In this document: positions 40,242 through 48,914 of the stretch, one piece after another
Position numbering within the stretch: position 1 is the stretch's first letter
Layout of the letters: each line of letters starts with the position of its first letter
NCBI GenBank assembly: GCA_913057785.1
Contig: CAJXPD010000008.1
Location: 4,904-68,903 of the forward strand
Direction of reading: 5' to 3'
Length of the DNA: 64,000 nt
DNA from: an uncultured Lewinella sp.
GTDB lineage: Bacteria > Bacteroidota > Bacteroidia > Chitinophagales > Saprospiraceae
Translations under genes and position numbers: made by a program
Notes under the pieces: model-generated
What the model was told of the DNA's origin: nothing
The model's input: only the letters and a program-made list of their open reading frames with translations
Databases searched by the model: none

Positions 40242-41297
40242 TTATTTGGGTTCAATAAGGGGAAGGCGAACTTCGAACACATTGTTTTCACTGGATATGA
40301 TCAGTAGCTCATCGGTAAAGAAAGCTATACGTTTCTTGATGTTGGCTAATCCCATTCCGGTAGATTCAACGGGTTGTATCTTACGTTGCAAGTTGTTGCG
40401 GACGATCAGACATTTTCCATCATTTGAAATAGATATATCGATTTTCAGTGGTTTGTTTTTGGAGACAATATTGTGCTTGATGGCATTTTCTACCAAAAGT
40501 TGTAGACAGAGCGGCAAAATGTGCTTATTGCTAGGAATGGACTGGGGTAGGGTGATGTCCAGGCTGTCAGCAAAGCGTTCTTTTAGGAGTTCAACGTAGA
40601 TTTTAGCATTTTCGAATTCCATTGATAGGGGAACTGTAGCTTCTTCTTGTTTACTAACTGCATACCGATAGAAAGTTGATAACTTTCCTAGGTAGCTGCG
40701 GGCCCGATCTCCCTCCTCTGGGATCAAATTCATTAGGGTATTCATGCTGTTGAACAAGAAGTGCGGATTGATCTGGTTACGGAGGTTATCTAGTTGGCTT
40801 TGAACATGGGCTTTCTTTATCCATTCTTTTTCCATGATCGCCTCTTTGTATTTGTGAAAGAAGTAAATGGTATCATACAACATCAGCACAGAAAAAGTCA
40901 GAAAGTAAGTAGCTGCAAGTCCTTGACTTAGCGTTGGGTCGCAAAAGTCTTCCAGAGGGGTTACAGCATATAACAGACTGAGTAAAAAGGTAACTAAACC
41001 GGAGATGATTGGGGCCGAAACTAAGATGATTAAGATCTGCAGTGTAAAACGCTTGACAAGATGGGTTAATGAATCATACCGCTTGCGTAGCGTGATGAGT
41101 AACCATCTATTGAATAACCAAAATACACTTGTATAAATGATGCCTTCCGGAACTTCTAAATGCGCAGCGGCTTTATACTCATCAAATGATAGACCAAAGA
41201 AGATTAGGGGACTCACGAGAGCAACTAATGGGATGCCATAAAGCAGTAGTTTTCTGTCGTCAAAAGCTAAGTATTGTATGTTGGGTTTAACTAGCAT
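40242..41297 (-). CDS. LytS/YehU-type sensor histidine kinase
   Basis: N-terminal TM helices, H-box region QINPHFLFNSMNTL, and an ATPase domain (..LVENAIKHN..G.GL.N...R). Trimmed to ATG at 41297. Confidence 0.85.
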   Translation of the reverse strand: MLVKPNIQYLAFDDRKLLLYGIPLVALVSPLIFFGLSFDEYKAAAHLEVPEGIIYTSVFWLFNRWLLITLRKRYDSLTHLVKRFTLQILIILVSAPIISGLVTFLLSLLYAVTPLEDFCDPTLSQGLAATYFLTFSVLMLYDTIYFFHKYKEAIMEKEWIKKAHVQSQLDNLRNQINPHFLFNSMNTLMNLIPEEGDRARSYLGKLSTFYRYAVSKQEEATVPLSMEFENAKIYVELLKERFADSLDITLPQSIPSNKHILPLCLQLLVENAIKHNIVSKNKPLKIDISISNDGKCLIVRNNLQRKIQPVESTGMGLANIKKRIAFFTDELLIISSENNVFEVRLPLIEPK

Positions 41298-41456
41298 ATG
41301 TGGTTCCGTCCTGTCCTCAATGTTTTCTGTCCTAAATATAGTTATGTTTACCTGATTCCTATTAGTGTAAATTAAGTTCAATATACCTGGGCGCTGCGAG
41401 TGGTGCAAGTACGCCGATCGAATAATATATGGCGGTTTAAGCTATTTTAATTGATC

Positions 41457-41876
41457 CTAACTCTTTTGGAATCGCACTGGAATACGAAACTGTCTCTCGA
41501 TAGCAACTCCATCTTTGAACACAGGAGATACCTTTCCTAGTTCCTCAAGTTCTTTCACCAATGCTGCTGCGATTGGGCTTTTACAGGAGTCAGATGAAGT
41601 AATCTGCTCTATTTTCCCACTTTTGCTAATGTGAAAGCTAAGGGTGAATTCGACATCTGTGTTGTAGAAGGATAGTAAATCCGAAAAGTCCTCAATCGTA
41701 TTGCCAATGTGCTGTGTGATATTAGAAAGTACTTCTTTTTCATTAGTAACGGGTAGATTCAGCTTTTCTGTAGGGAGATCCAAGTTTTCTGCCATTGGCC
41801 CTTGTGCTTGTACAAATGATAAGCTAAGCGTCATGCAGGCTACTAGGAAAAGTGTGAAGATGGTTTGCTTTTTCAT
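41457..41876 (-). CDS. small secreted protein with a TonB-C-terminal-like domain
   Basis: 139 aa with a signal peptide. The C-terminal pattern ..FTLSFHISKSGKIEQI....SPIAAALVKEL....P.FKDG.....FRIPVRF resembles the TonB_C fold signature. No TM or Pro-rich region. Confidence 0.4.
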   Translation of the reverse strand: MKKQTIFTLFLVACMTLSLSFVQAQGPMAENLDLPTEKLNLPVTNEKEVLSNITQHIGNTIEDFSDLLSFYNTDVEFTLSFHISKSGKIEQITSSDSCKSPIAAALVKELEELGKVSPVFKDGVAIERQFRIPVRFQKS

Positions 41877-42108
41877 GATCTAAAAGATTTAGGGCGAGAA
41901 GTGGAGAGATAGCTATCAACTATCTCACACTTGATTTCACTTCTTGCCAGGTGATTAAATTATGCTTTAACAAGGCCGCTAGGATATGCTTACTAGCTTT
42001 GGGCTGAGGGTTTCCCCGCCTCTTCTGGGACTTGAGCTTTGCCCAGAAGGAAAGGCGGAGATTCGATTTATGCTGAGTCATATTGATCTTTTGCTGAGTG
42101 CTTCATCC

Positions 42109-44493
42109 TTAGAATTGTACTCGGTAAAGGAAATCGGGGAAGAAGCCGATCTGGTTGGTTTGATCTACATTTTGAGTCAATCGATTGTACTGTCGAAGAA
42201 AGACGTTCTCCCGGTTGGTGACGTTCTGTAGATCCAAGTAAAATTGGTGTGAAATTTTCTTCTTGGCGCTATTGAGTTTGATACCTAACTTGACATCCCA
42301 GCGAAAATAGTCGTCATATTGGAGGCTGAAGGCTTGGTCTTCCTGTAATACTTCTACATCGAATTGGCGAGAAGCTTCTAGGTTTACAGGGGTGTACCAG
42401 CGGCCCCCCGCAGTGGTGAATTTGGTATCTATAACTAAGGCATTTCGCTTGGCCTTCCCGATCTTGAATTCTCTACCAGCCAGTAAGTTGACTACATATC
42501 CATTGTCGAAGGGTGTGCTACGTTCGATTCCGTCACTTCCTTCGTATTTACTCTCAAAGAAAGAGGCAGTGGTAAGCAAGTGATAGCCTTTGCTGTAGAA
42601 CTTCTCCAGTGTCAATTCGATCCCTCTGTTAAAACCTGTCCCTTCACTGACCAAAGAGGTCTTATCATCGGAGAATACGAAGGATGCTCCCTCTGTCAGG
42701 GTAGAATAGCTAGTGGGATCCTGTTCAACCGGTGCTCTGTCAATGGCTTGATAGTACAATTCGGTTTTCAATCTCCAGTCTTTAGCTAGTTTAGCATCAT
42801 AAGCAAGTACGTAGTGCTGTGATCTTACAAAGTCTAGGTTCTTGTTGGTTTGCAATAATTCTCCCTCCACCTCTTCGTTGAGAAATAGAATAGGAAGCGG
42901 TGCAGTTTGATTGTGCATACCATAACCCAGCGTCAATTTATTGCTAGGAGAGAGGGCATAGGTCAGTGAGGCTCTTGGTTCTACTACGAACTGTTCATTC
43001 AGGGTAGAATATTGGGCGTGAATACCGCCGTTGAAGCTGAGGTCTTCCGTCAGGCGATACATGGTCTGCACAAAGGGTTGTACCAAGCCAAAACTGCCGT
43101 TGAAATCATAGACTGTAAACCAGTCAGGCTCTCCGTCACCATCTAGATCTGGTCGGCCATCTCGATCTATGAAGTTGGCGTCATTGGAAAAATTTTCGTA
43201 GAGCACACCAGCGCGGATGGTCTGCTTAGCGCTTAGTTTACTGTTCAAATAAGAGGAGATGGTAAATCTCGTTTCACTATTGTCAACTTCAGTTAAGCGC
43301 AGCTTGAATTCGTCTGGCGTACCTAGGTTAAAGTAGCGATCTTGTTCAAACTGATTCCCTCTGTAAGATCCACCAATCACAGTTCGGAGATAGGTGTTTT
43401 TCCCAATGATCAAGTTATGTTTCAACCCCATCAAGCCAAAACCTCCAGTTACATAAGCATCCTCATCCTCAGCGGCGAAGAGGTCATCGGGATCAATATC
43501 TGCACCTAAGAAGGTAATGTCAGAGCGCCCTCCAATACCGAAGAGGGTAAAACGCCCTGCATTGGTGTTGCCTAAATCTACCTTGAAGGAAAGGTCCTGA
43601 TAATCTGGCGTAGCCGTAGTGCCGCCAGCTGAACCGATCAGACCAATGAAGGAATAACGACCAGCTACCACATACGATCCTCCTTTCTTACCCACGGGGC
43701 CCTCCACCATGGCTTCCAGTCCACTAAAGGCGCCTACCTGGAAAGTATATTCTGTATTGTCTTTATTACCATTGCGGAAACCCAAGTCGAACACACCGGC
43801 ATTGGCGTTACCATATTCAGCGGGGAAAGCAGAGGTAAGGAAGTCAGAGTTACGGAGTAGATTGGGATTCAAAGCACTTACCGGGCTACCCGTAGTTCCA
43901 AAAGTAGAAAAGTGATTTGGATTGGGTATTGGGATACCTTCCAATCGCCATAATACACCAGTGGGCGAGTTACCTCTGATCACAATATCGTTTCGAGAGT
44001 CGTCAGGTGCGGAAACCCCAGCAAAGTTGGAGGCCAGTCGAGCTACATCACTTCGACCGCCTGAGTATCGATTTACTTCCTCTACCGAAAACTGACGGGC
44101 AGAGACTGTCGCCATTTCATTTTGCGCTTGATCCTTGATGGTCTGAGCCGTAACGACGACCTCCTGGATCTGATTGACACTTTCCTGCAAACTAATGCTC
44201 AGTTGCACATCTTTTCCACTACCGACTTCGATATTCGGTAAGGTAATGCTTTCATAACCTAGGTAGCTAACTCGAATCACATTGCGCCCTAATGGGACAT
44301 TCTTCAACGTGAAATAACCATCAATATCTGTAACTGTACCAGTAGCCTCTTCTAGGTTGAGTAGTTCAACTGCTGCTCCAATTAAGGGGATTTCTGATTG
44401 CTGATCAATTACGGTTCCTTTGATGGTACCTGCTTGGGCCCAAAGAACCTGGGAGAGAAATAACAAGCCGAGAGAAAGAGAGAATAACCGCAT
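42109..44493 (-). CDS. TonB-dependent outer-membrane receptor with a carboxypeptidase-regulatory-like N-domain
   Basis: 794 aa with a signal peptide. GTIKGTVIDQQSEIPLIGAAVELLN..DGYFTLKNVPLGRNVIRVSYLGYES, then plug and barrel, terminal ..FLYRVQF. Confidence 0.85.
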   Translation of the reverse strand: MRLFSLSLGLLFLSQVLWAQAGTIKGTVIDQQSEIPLIGAAVELLNLEEATGTVTDIDGYFTLKNVPLGRNVIRVSYLGYESITLPNIEVGSGKDVQLSISLQESVNQIQEVVVTAQTIKDQAQNEMATVSARQFSVEEVNRYSGGRSDVARLASNFAGVSAPDDSRNDIVIRGNSPTGVLWRLEGIPIPNPNHFSTFGTTGSPVSALNPNLLRNSDFLTSAFPAEYGNANAGVFDLGFRNGNKDNTEYTFQVGAFSGLEAMVEGPVGKKGGSYVVAGRYSFIGLIGSAGGTTATPDYQDLSFKVDLGNTNAGRFTLFGIGGRSDITFLGADIDPDDLFAAEDEDAYVTGGFGLMGLKHNLIIGKNTYLRTVIGGSYRGNQFEQDRYFNLGTPDEFKLRLTEVDNSETRFTISSYLNSKLSAKQTIRAGVLYENFSNDANFIDRDGRPDLDGDGEPDWFTVYDFNGSFGLVQPFVQTMYRLTEDLSFNGGIHAQYSTLNEQFVVEPRASLTYALSPSNKLTLGYGMHNQTAPLPILFLNEEVEGELLQTNKNLDFVRSQHYVLAYDAKLAKDWRLKTELYYQAIDRAPVEQDPTSYSTLTEGASFVFSDDKTSLVSEGTGFNRGIELTLEKFYSKGYHLLTTASFFESKYEGSDGIERSTPFDNGYVVNLLAGREFKIGKAKRNALVIDTKFTTAGGRWYTPVNLEASRQFDVEVLQEDQAFSLQYDDYFRWDVKLGIKLNSAKKKISHQFYLDLQNVTNRENVFLRQYNRLTQNVDQTNQIGFFPDFLYRVQF

Positions 44494-44684
44494 GGTTAGT
44501 GTTTTTAGGTTTTAATTGATGGTTCAAAGGTGCGCCAGATCCGGCTTCATCGAAACCTAAAAGAGTTGGATTGCTTTTTTTGTGGGTTGAAATGCTTGCG
44601 CGCTTTCCCGTTGGTCAAAAAGACCAACAGGGTCGTTTGTTTGGGAGTGAGATTATATGGTGGGAAATATGAGGTCAGGGATTC

Positions 44685-44705
44685 TGTTGGTGGAAAACAC
44701 CAACA
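44685..44705. repeat. REP-like hairpin TGTTGGTG-GAAAA-CACCAACA
   Basis: Perfect 8-bp palindrome. A variant, GTTGGTC-AAAAA-GACCAAC, lies at 44607-44632. Confidence 0.7.
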
Positions 44706-44737
44706 GGGGCTTGGGGTGATTTGGGCCGCCCGTTCTA

Positions 44738-44760
44738 ATGTTGGTGTTTTCCACCAACAT
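44738..44760. repeat. REP-like hairpin ATGTTGGTG-TTTTC-CACCAACAT (loop inverted relative to 44685)
   Basis: Perfect 9-bp palindrome. The tail CACCAACATTAAAGGCGAG is repeated as CACCAATATTAAAGGCGAG at 44793-44811. Confidence 0.7.
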
Positions 44761-44860
44761 TAAAGGCGAGATATCGGCTACCTTGGCGTATTCACCAATA
44801 TTAAAGGCGAGGCAGCGGTTACCTTTCCCTTCCAAATGCAATCAATGGAAAACAAAAATC

Positions 44861-45379
44861 ATGTTCCATCTCCAAAACCAATACTTCACCACCTGCACCA
44901 TCCTGGATTGGAACCACCTCCTAGCCAATGATCAATTCAAAGACATCATCATAGATAGCTTTAGGTATTTTACTAAGGAGGGCTCTGTTGCCATTTATGC
45001 CTTTGTGATCATGCCCAATCACATGCACGTCGTATGGGAGATTAAAGAGCCTTTTGAGTTGAGCAAGATCCAGCATCGATTGCTGAAGTTTACGGCCCAG
45101 CGCATGAAATTTGAATTGCAGCAGAGCGGAGCATGGTCGCTAAACCGGCATCGGGTCTACAAAGCGGATAGGAAGTTCCAGATTTGGAAACGTTGCTCGC
45201 TTTCGAAGCCATTGTATACTTTACCTTTTTGGCTACAAAAAGTGAATTACATCCATTTGAATCCCTGTCGGTATAAAACGCCGCTGGCTAAAGAACCTGA
45301 AGACTACAAATACTCGTCGGCCAATTATTTCTTTACGGGCGTGAAGGACTGGGATTTTTTGGCCGATCGGGAATGGTGA
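44861..45379 (+). CDS. IS200-like / REP-associated tyrosine transposase (RAYT)
   Basis: 172 aa from ATG 44861 (MFHLQNQYFTTCTILDW..). HUH motif PNHMHVV (45020-45028) and a C-terminal Tyr region EDYKYSSANYF. The track start 44738 lies inside a REP hairpin. Confidence 0.8.
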   Translation: MFHLQNQYFTTCTILDWNHLLANDQFKDIIIDSFRYFTKEGSVAIYAFVIMPNHMHVVWEIKEPFELSKIQHRLLKFTAQRMKFELQQSGAWSLNRHRVYKADRKFQIWKRCSLSKPLYTLPFWLQKVNYIHLNPCRYKTPLAKEPEDYKYSSANYFFTGVKDWDFLADREW

Positions 45380-45398
45380 TAGCTTCGATCCCAAGCCA

Positions 45399-45424
45399 AT
45401 GTTGATGTTTTCCGCCATCAACAT
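45399..45424. repeat. REP-like hairpin ATGTTGATG-TTTTCCGC-CATCAACAT
   Basis: Perfect 9-bp palindrome, 20 nt after the RAYT stop. Confidence 0.7.
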
Positions 45425-45503
45425 TACAAGGGAGAATAAGGAACAAGCGCCAAAATCAGCAACAACTTTTTACCTTGGCTGTTTACTCATAAATTAAAAG
45501 CGA

Positions 45504-46304
45504 ATGGAGCAATTCTTGAGCAACCCTTTCACCCAACCTTTATATTTCTTTCGACTAACAGCAATCATATTTGCGATTACCTTCATTAGGTATTTAGTCG
45601 TTTCGGGTGTTTATCATTACCTCTTTTTTGTCTGGTTACGGCCTACTTTTCAAAAACGAATCATCACCGTTCAGACGATCAGCAAGCGGCAGATGAGACA
45701 AGAGGTGTGGCGTTCTTTTTTGACCTCCTTCATTTTTGCATTTTCAGGGTCGGCACTAGTGATTTTTTGGCAAAAAGGATGGACGCAGATCTATATCGAT
45801 TGGAATGCTTATCCAATTTGGTATCTCCCTTTGAGTTTGTTGTTAGCCTTGCTGGTACATGAAACCTATTATTATTGGCTACATCGCTGGATGCATCTTC
45901 CCAAGGTCTATAAATGGGTGCACAAGTGGCACCACGATAGCATCGAGACTTCCTCATTGACCGCGTTTTCGTTTCACCCGATCGAATCCATCTTACAGGC
46001 CATTGTCGTACCGATCTTGATCCTATGTATTCCTCTGAATATTTACATCCTCTTCATACTACTCTTGATCATGACCTTATCTGGTACCATCAATCATGCT
46101 GGCGTAGAAATCTTCCCCAAAGGATTTGAACGACATTGGCTAGGAAAGTGGCTTATAGGAGCCAGTCATCATGATCTACACCATAAGCAGTTTCGGTACA
46201 ACTTTGGACTTTACTTTACCTTCTGGGATCATTGGATGAAAACGGAGAGCCCAAAGTACGAGCGGCACTTTAGGGCACATACTGGGAATGAGGTTAAAAA
46301 TTGA
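45504..46304 (+). CDS. fatty acid hydroxylase / sterol desaturase-family membrane di-iron enzyme
   Basis: 266 aa, TM helices plus the histidine boxes HETYYYWLHRWMH, HKWHH and HHDLHH. Confidence 0.8.
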   Translation: MEQFLSNPFTQPLYFFRLTAIIFAITFIRYLVVSGVYHYLFFVWLRPTFQKRIITVQTISKRQMRQEVWRSFLTSFIFAFSGSALVIFWQKGWTQIYIDWNAYPIWYLPLSLLLALLVHETYYYWLHRWMHLPKVYKWVHKWHHDSIETSSLTAFSFHPIESILQAIVVPILILCIPLNIYILFILLLIMTLSGTINHAGVEIFPKGFERHWLGKWLIGASHHDLHHKQFRYNFGLYFTFWDHWMKTESPKYERHFRAHTGNEVKN

Positions 46305-48015
46305 GCCCATAAGTTACCCCACCTGTAAATTCACTGAAGGCCTCCGTTAGACCATTTCCTACGGCATTTTGCTTACTGTCCACCCAACTCAGTTGAAGGG
46401 AGAGTTGGTGCTTTTCGAATAGCCGGTAGGAGGTATTGGACTGTAAGGTCAAAATGGTATTTGTATTCTCGCCATTACTCCAGACGCCAGACAAAGAAAC
46501 ATTGGCCGACAGGTTCATTTTATCCTCTAGCAGACTTTTGCTGATGTTGAAGCTTGGGGCAACGGTAAGCAATTGGATATTAGGTATAACGCCATAATTA
46601 CCCATTAAGGAAGCAGATAGACTCATTTTTTGAGCCGCAAGACTCTTATTGAAGGCTAGCACCCCCATGTAGTAAGTTGTAGTTTGATCCTTATTGATTA
46701 CATCATTTTCAATGGAATTGGATTGTTGATAGGAGAACATACCGGTTAAAACATTGGTCTTCTCCTTGCCCGCCAGATAGGTGACGGACAAGTTTGCGCT
46801 TTGATTAGTCTGCACTAGGATGATGGAGTCTACCTGGACTACGGGTACGGTGACTGCTCGCATTCGGTTAGTAGTACTGAAGTTGGAAATAGCTAGGTTT
46901 AAGTTTAGGCGTTCTGAAGCAGTATAAGCCGCGTTTAGCGCTCCGATGAATCGATTGGAGGAATTGGATCCATCTCCGGAAATATTATTTCGTTGTAGTC
47001 CAGCATTGGCGGAGAGATTGAGCTTTTTCTTAAAGAAGCTAGTTGAGGTACTCGCCGTGATATTTTCCAAATCATTGTTAAAAAATAAGGCGCCTAACGT
47101 TTTATAGCCAGGATCTATCCTTTCATGGTTGAGGTTGAATTGACCCAGCTTAGTATTTAAACCTAAACTCGTTTTGATAGCATGATGGAAGCCGGTAGAG
47201 GCATTGGGTTGGATTAATCCGCCAAACTTCTGCCATGTATTGTAGTTGGAAGTCGGCAGATCAAAGCTATTTTGATTTCGGGTTAGTGCACTTCTCGCAA
47301 AGTCTACAGATAGACTCATGATTTTCCAAAACTGGTGCTTTGCCTCCAAGCCTAGTACAGCATTGGCTGCTGGTTGGACGTTGAGATTTTGGGTAGGATT
47401 CGGAATGGAAAAAGGGTCATCTGCCGCATTGAACAGAATCAAGCCGATCTTACTTTTGCCATTGTCGTATCCTGTTTTGAATCCCCAGCCTTTCCTTGCG
47501 TAAGAGGGCTCAAAGTTTTGAATACTATTGGCATCTTCAGCTCGTGCGCGTTTCAGTTGCCCATACATAAAGCTAAACCGGAAGTTACCGGGCTTGAGTT
47601 CAAGCCCTGCTCCGTAGAAATTGTGGCCAGATAGGGTATAAGGGGAAAAATTCATACTTCGATCACCCAGATGCAAGGTAATGTATTTGTAAGTTGGACT
47701 GATGCCATAGAAACTATACTTAGGAAGATTGTACACAGAGCTGCCGTTTGAGAAGACCGCTGAGAAAGGGGCACTAATTCCTGCAATATCAAAGTTTAAG
47801 TTGGCATTTAATCGCCAGGTAAACGGATCGAATCGCCTAGGCATGCCCGTAATATGGTTGAAGTTGAAGGCTGTGGAAACACCGCCACTCATTTTAAACC
47901 ATTCTCCATTCTGACTTCGCTCTTTTAATCCCTTAAAGACATTATCCAGGTTCTGTCCTTGTGCTGAAATGAATAGTAAGGACAGTATGATGGTTAAGTA
48001 AAATCTGCTTTTCAT
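46294..48015 (-). CDS. outer-membrane beta-barrel protein, function unknown
   Basis: Signal peptide MKSRFYLTIILSLLFISAQG, alternating beta-strand pattern, C-terminal ..GGVTYGLNF. The track start 48021 is TTG; ATG is at 48015. Confidence 0.6.
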   Translation of the reverse strand: MKSRFYLTIILSLLFISAQGQNLDNVFKGLKERSQNGEWFKMSGGVSTAFNFNHITGMPRRFDPFTWRLNANLNFDIAGISAPFSAVFSNGSSVYNLPKYSFYGISPTYKYITLHLGDRSMNFSPYTLSGHNFYGAGLELKPGNFRFSFMYGQLKRARAEDANSIQNFEPSYARKGWGFKTGYDNGKSKIGLILFNAADDPFSIPNPTQNLNVQPAANAVLGLEAKHQFWKIMSLSVDFARSALTRNQNSFDLPTSNYNTWQKFGGLIQPNASTGFHHAIKTSLGLNTKLGQFNLNHERIDPGYKTLGALFFNNDLENITASTSTSFFKKKLNLSANAGLQRNNISGDGSNSSNRFIGALNAAYTASERLNLNLAISNFSTTNRMRAVTVPVVQVDSIILVQTNQSANLSVTYLAGKEKTNVLTGMFSYQQSNSIENDVINKDQTTTYYMGVLAFNKSLAAQKMSLSASLMGNYGVIPNIQLLTVAPSFNISKSLLEDKMNLSANVSLSGVWSNGENTNTILTLQSNTSYRLFEKHQLSLQLSWVDSKQNAVGNGLTEAFSEFTGGVTYGLNF

Positions 48016-48660
48016 ACTCAAAGGCTTTCAATAATGATGCCCTGGCTTTCCTGGTCAGGAGCCAATAAACTTACAGATGAAGACTTAGCTTCAGCAGCAG
48101 CGATTCCATTTATCCACGAGTGGATATCTAGAAATTAATGGGCAATAAATCAGGTACCTAGGTCTTCAGTTTTTCCATGCCATTAGATGCTTCCTATAGA
48201 ATCAATGCTTCGCTAGGCTAATAAATAGGGAATGCTGAAGAACCTGCAAAGAAGTCAATCCTGGATCACCTTTGTATACAGCTCATACCCGCTAAGGGGT
48301 AAAAGACAAGCTGCAGCCAGAGGTTGAAATGGCTTGACTCTAGTTGACTAAAAACTTGAGCAGATAATGGAAAATGGAATTTGTCCGAGTTGGACTTTGA
48401 TAATGGAAAGGAAATAAAATATGGATACAAATATAGGTGATCTCGAAAAGAGACGCAATCCCTATCGTACTTTTTGTATAGGTGTTATTTTCTCTATGTC
48501 CTTTAAGTGAATCTTTTTATGGGTAATTAAAGTGTTGAAAATCAATTATTTGTGAACGATTTGTTTAGTACTATATCTAGCGATAATTAATTTTTAATTG
48601 AATAAAGCTGTCACGATTGGTGTAGTTGGGAGATTATAAGAGTGGCTAAAGGAAAATAGC

Positions 48661-48674
48661 CAGATAATGGAAAG
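48661..48674 (+). repeat. CAGATAATGGAAAG motif copy
   Basis: Other plus-strand copies are at 48361-48373 and 48399-48410. Reverse-complement copies are at 62852-62863 and 62914-62927. Confidence 0.7.
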
Positions 48675-48682
48675 ATTTTGAA

Positions 48683-48726
48683 AAAGAGGTCGCGTCTAAT
48701 ATTGCGATGCGACCTCTTTCTTTTTC
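48683..48726 (+). terminator. orphan (possibly bidirectional) rho-independent terminator in an 893-nt intergenic region
   Basis: AAAGAGGTCGC (48683-48693) pairs perfectly with GCGACCTCTTT (48709-48719). A-run upstream, CTTTTTC downstream. Confidence 0.6.
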
Positions 48727-48914
48727 AACTACAGCTGTCAGGACATCGTCAATTCATAGTCTGTAACCCGAATTCATAAGATTACTGCAAATCAATAATC
48801 GCGATCAGCTAGGTCTGTTCGCATAGCTAAAACTATTGTCTTACACCAAGGGTAGGGGAGCGCGGATGAATAAGCTTATCTAGCCAACCCCTATCCCTTT
48901 TAACTACAACTCTA

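Larger units (their letters stand above)
44607..45424 (+). mobile_element. RAYT (REP-associated tyrosine transposase) module flanked by REP-like hairpins
   Basis: Four hairpins share the GTTGRTS/SAYCAAC stems: 44607-44632, 44685-44705, 44738-44760 and 45399-45424. They flank an IS200/Y1-type transposase gene. Confidence 0.65.

Noticed and set aside
41986-42231. 81-aa plus-strand ORF overlapping the 3' end of the minus-strand receptor gene, plus internal plus-strand ORFs 42392-42789 and 43709-43915
   Set aside because: They lie within or overlap a well-supported TonB-dependent receptor gene and have no features of their own.
44530-44841. ORFs 44530-44763 (+) and 44653-44841 (-) upstream of the RAYT gene
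   Set aside because: They are composed of the REP hairpin cluster itself (palindromes read open on both strands). No coding features.
48367-48510. Micro-ORFs in the 893-nt intergenic region (16 codons from 48367, 29 codons 48421-48510)
   Set aside because: No ribosome-binding context or recognisable peptide features. They are too short to support without conservation data. The region is reported instead as a possible sRNA locus.
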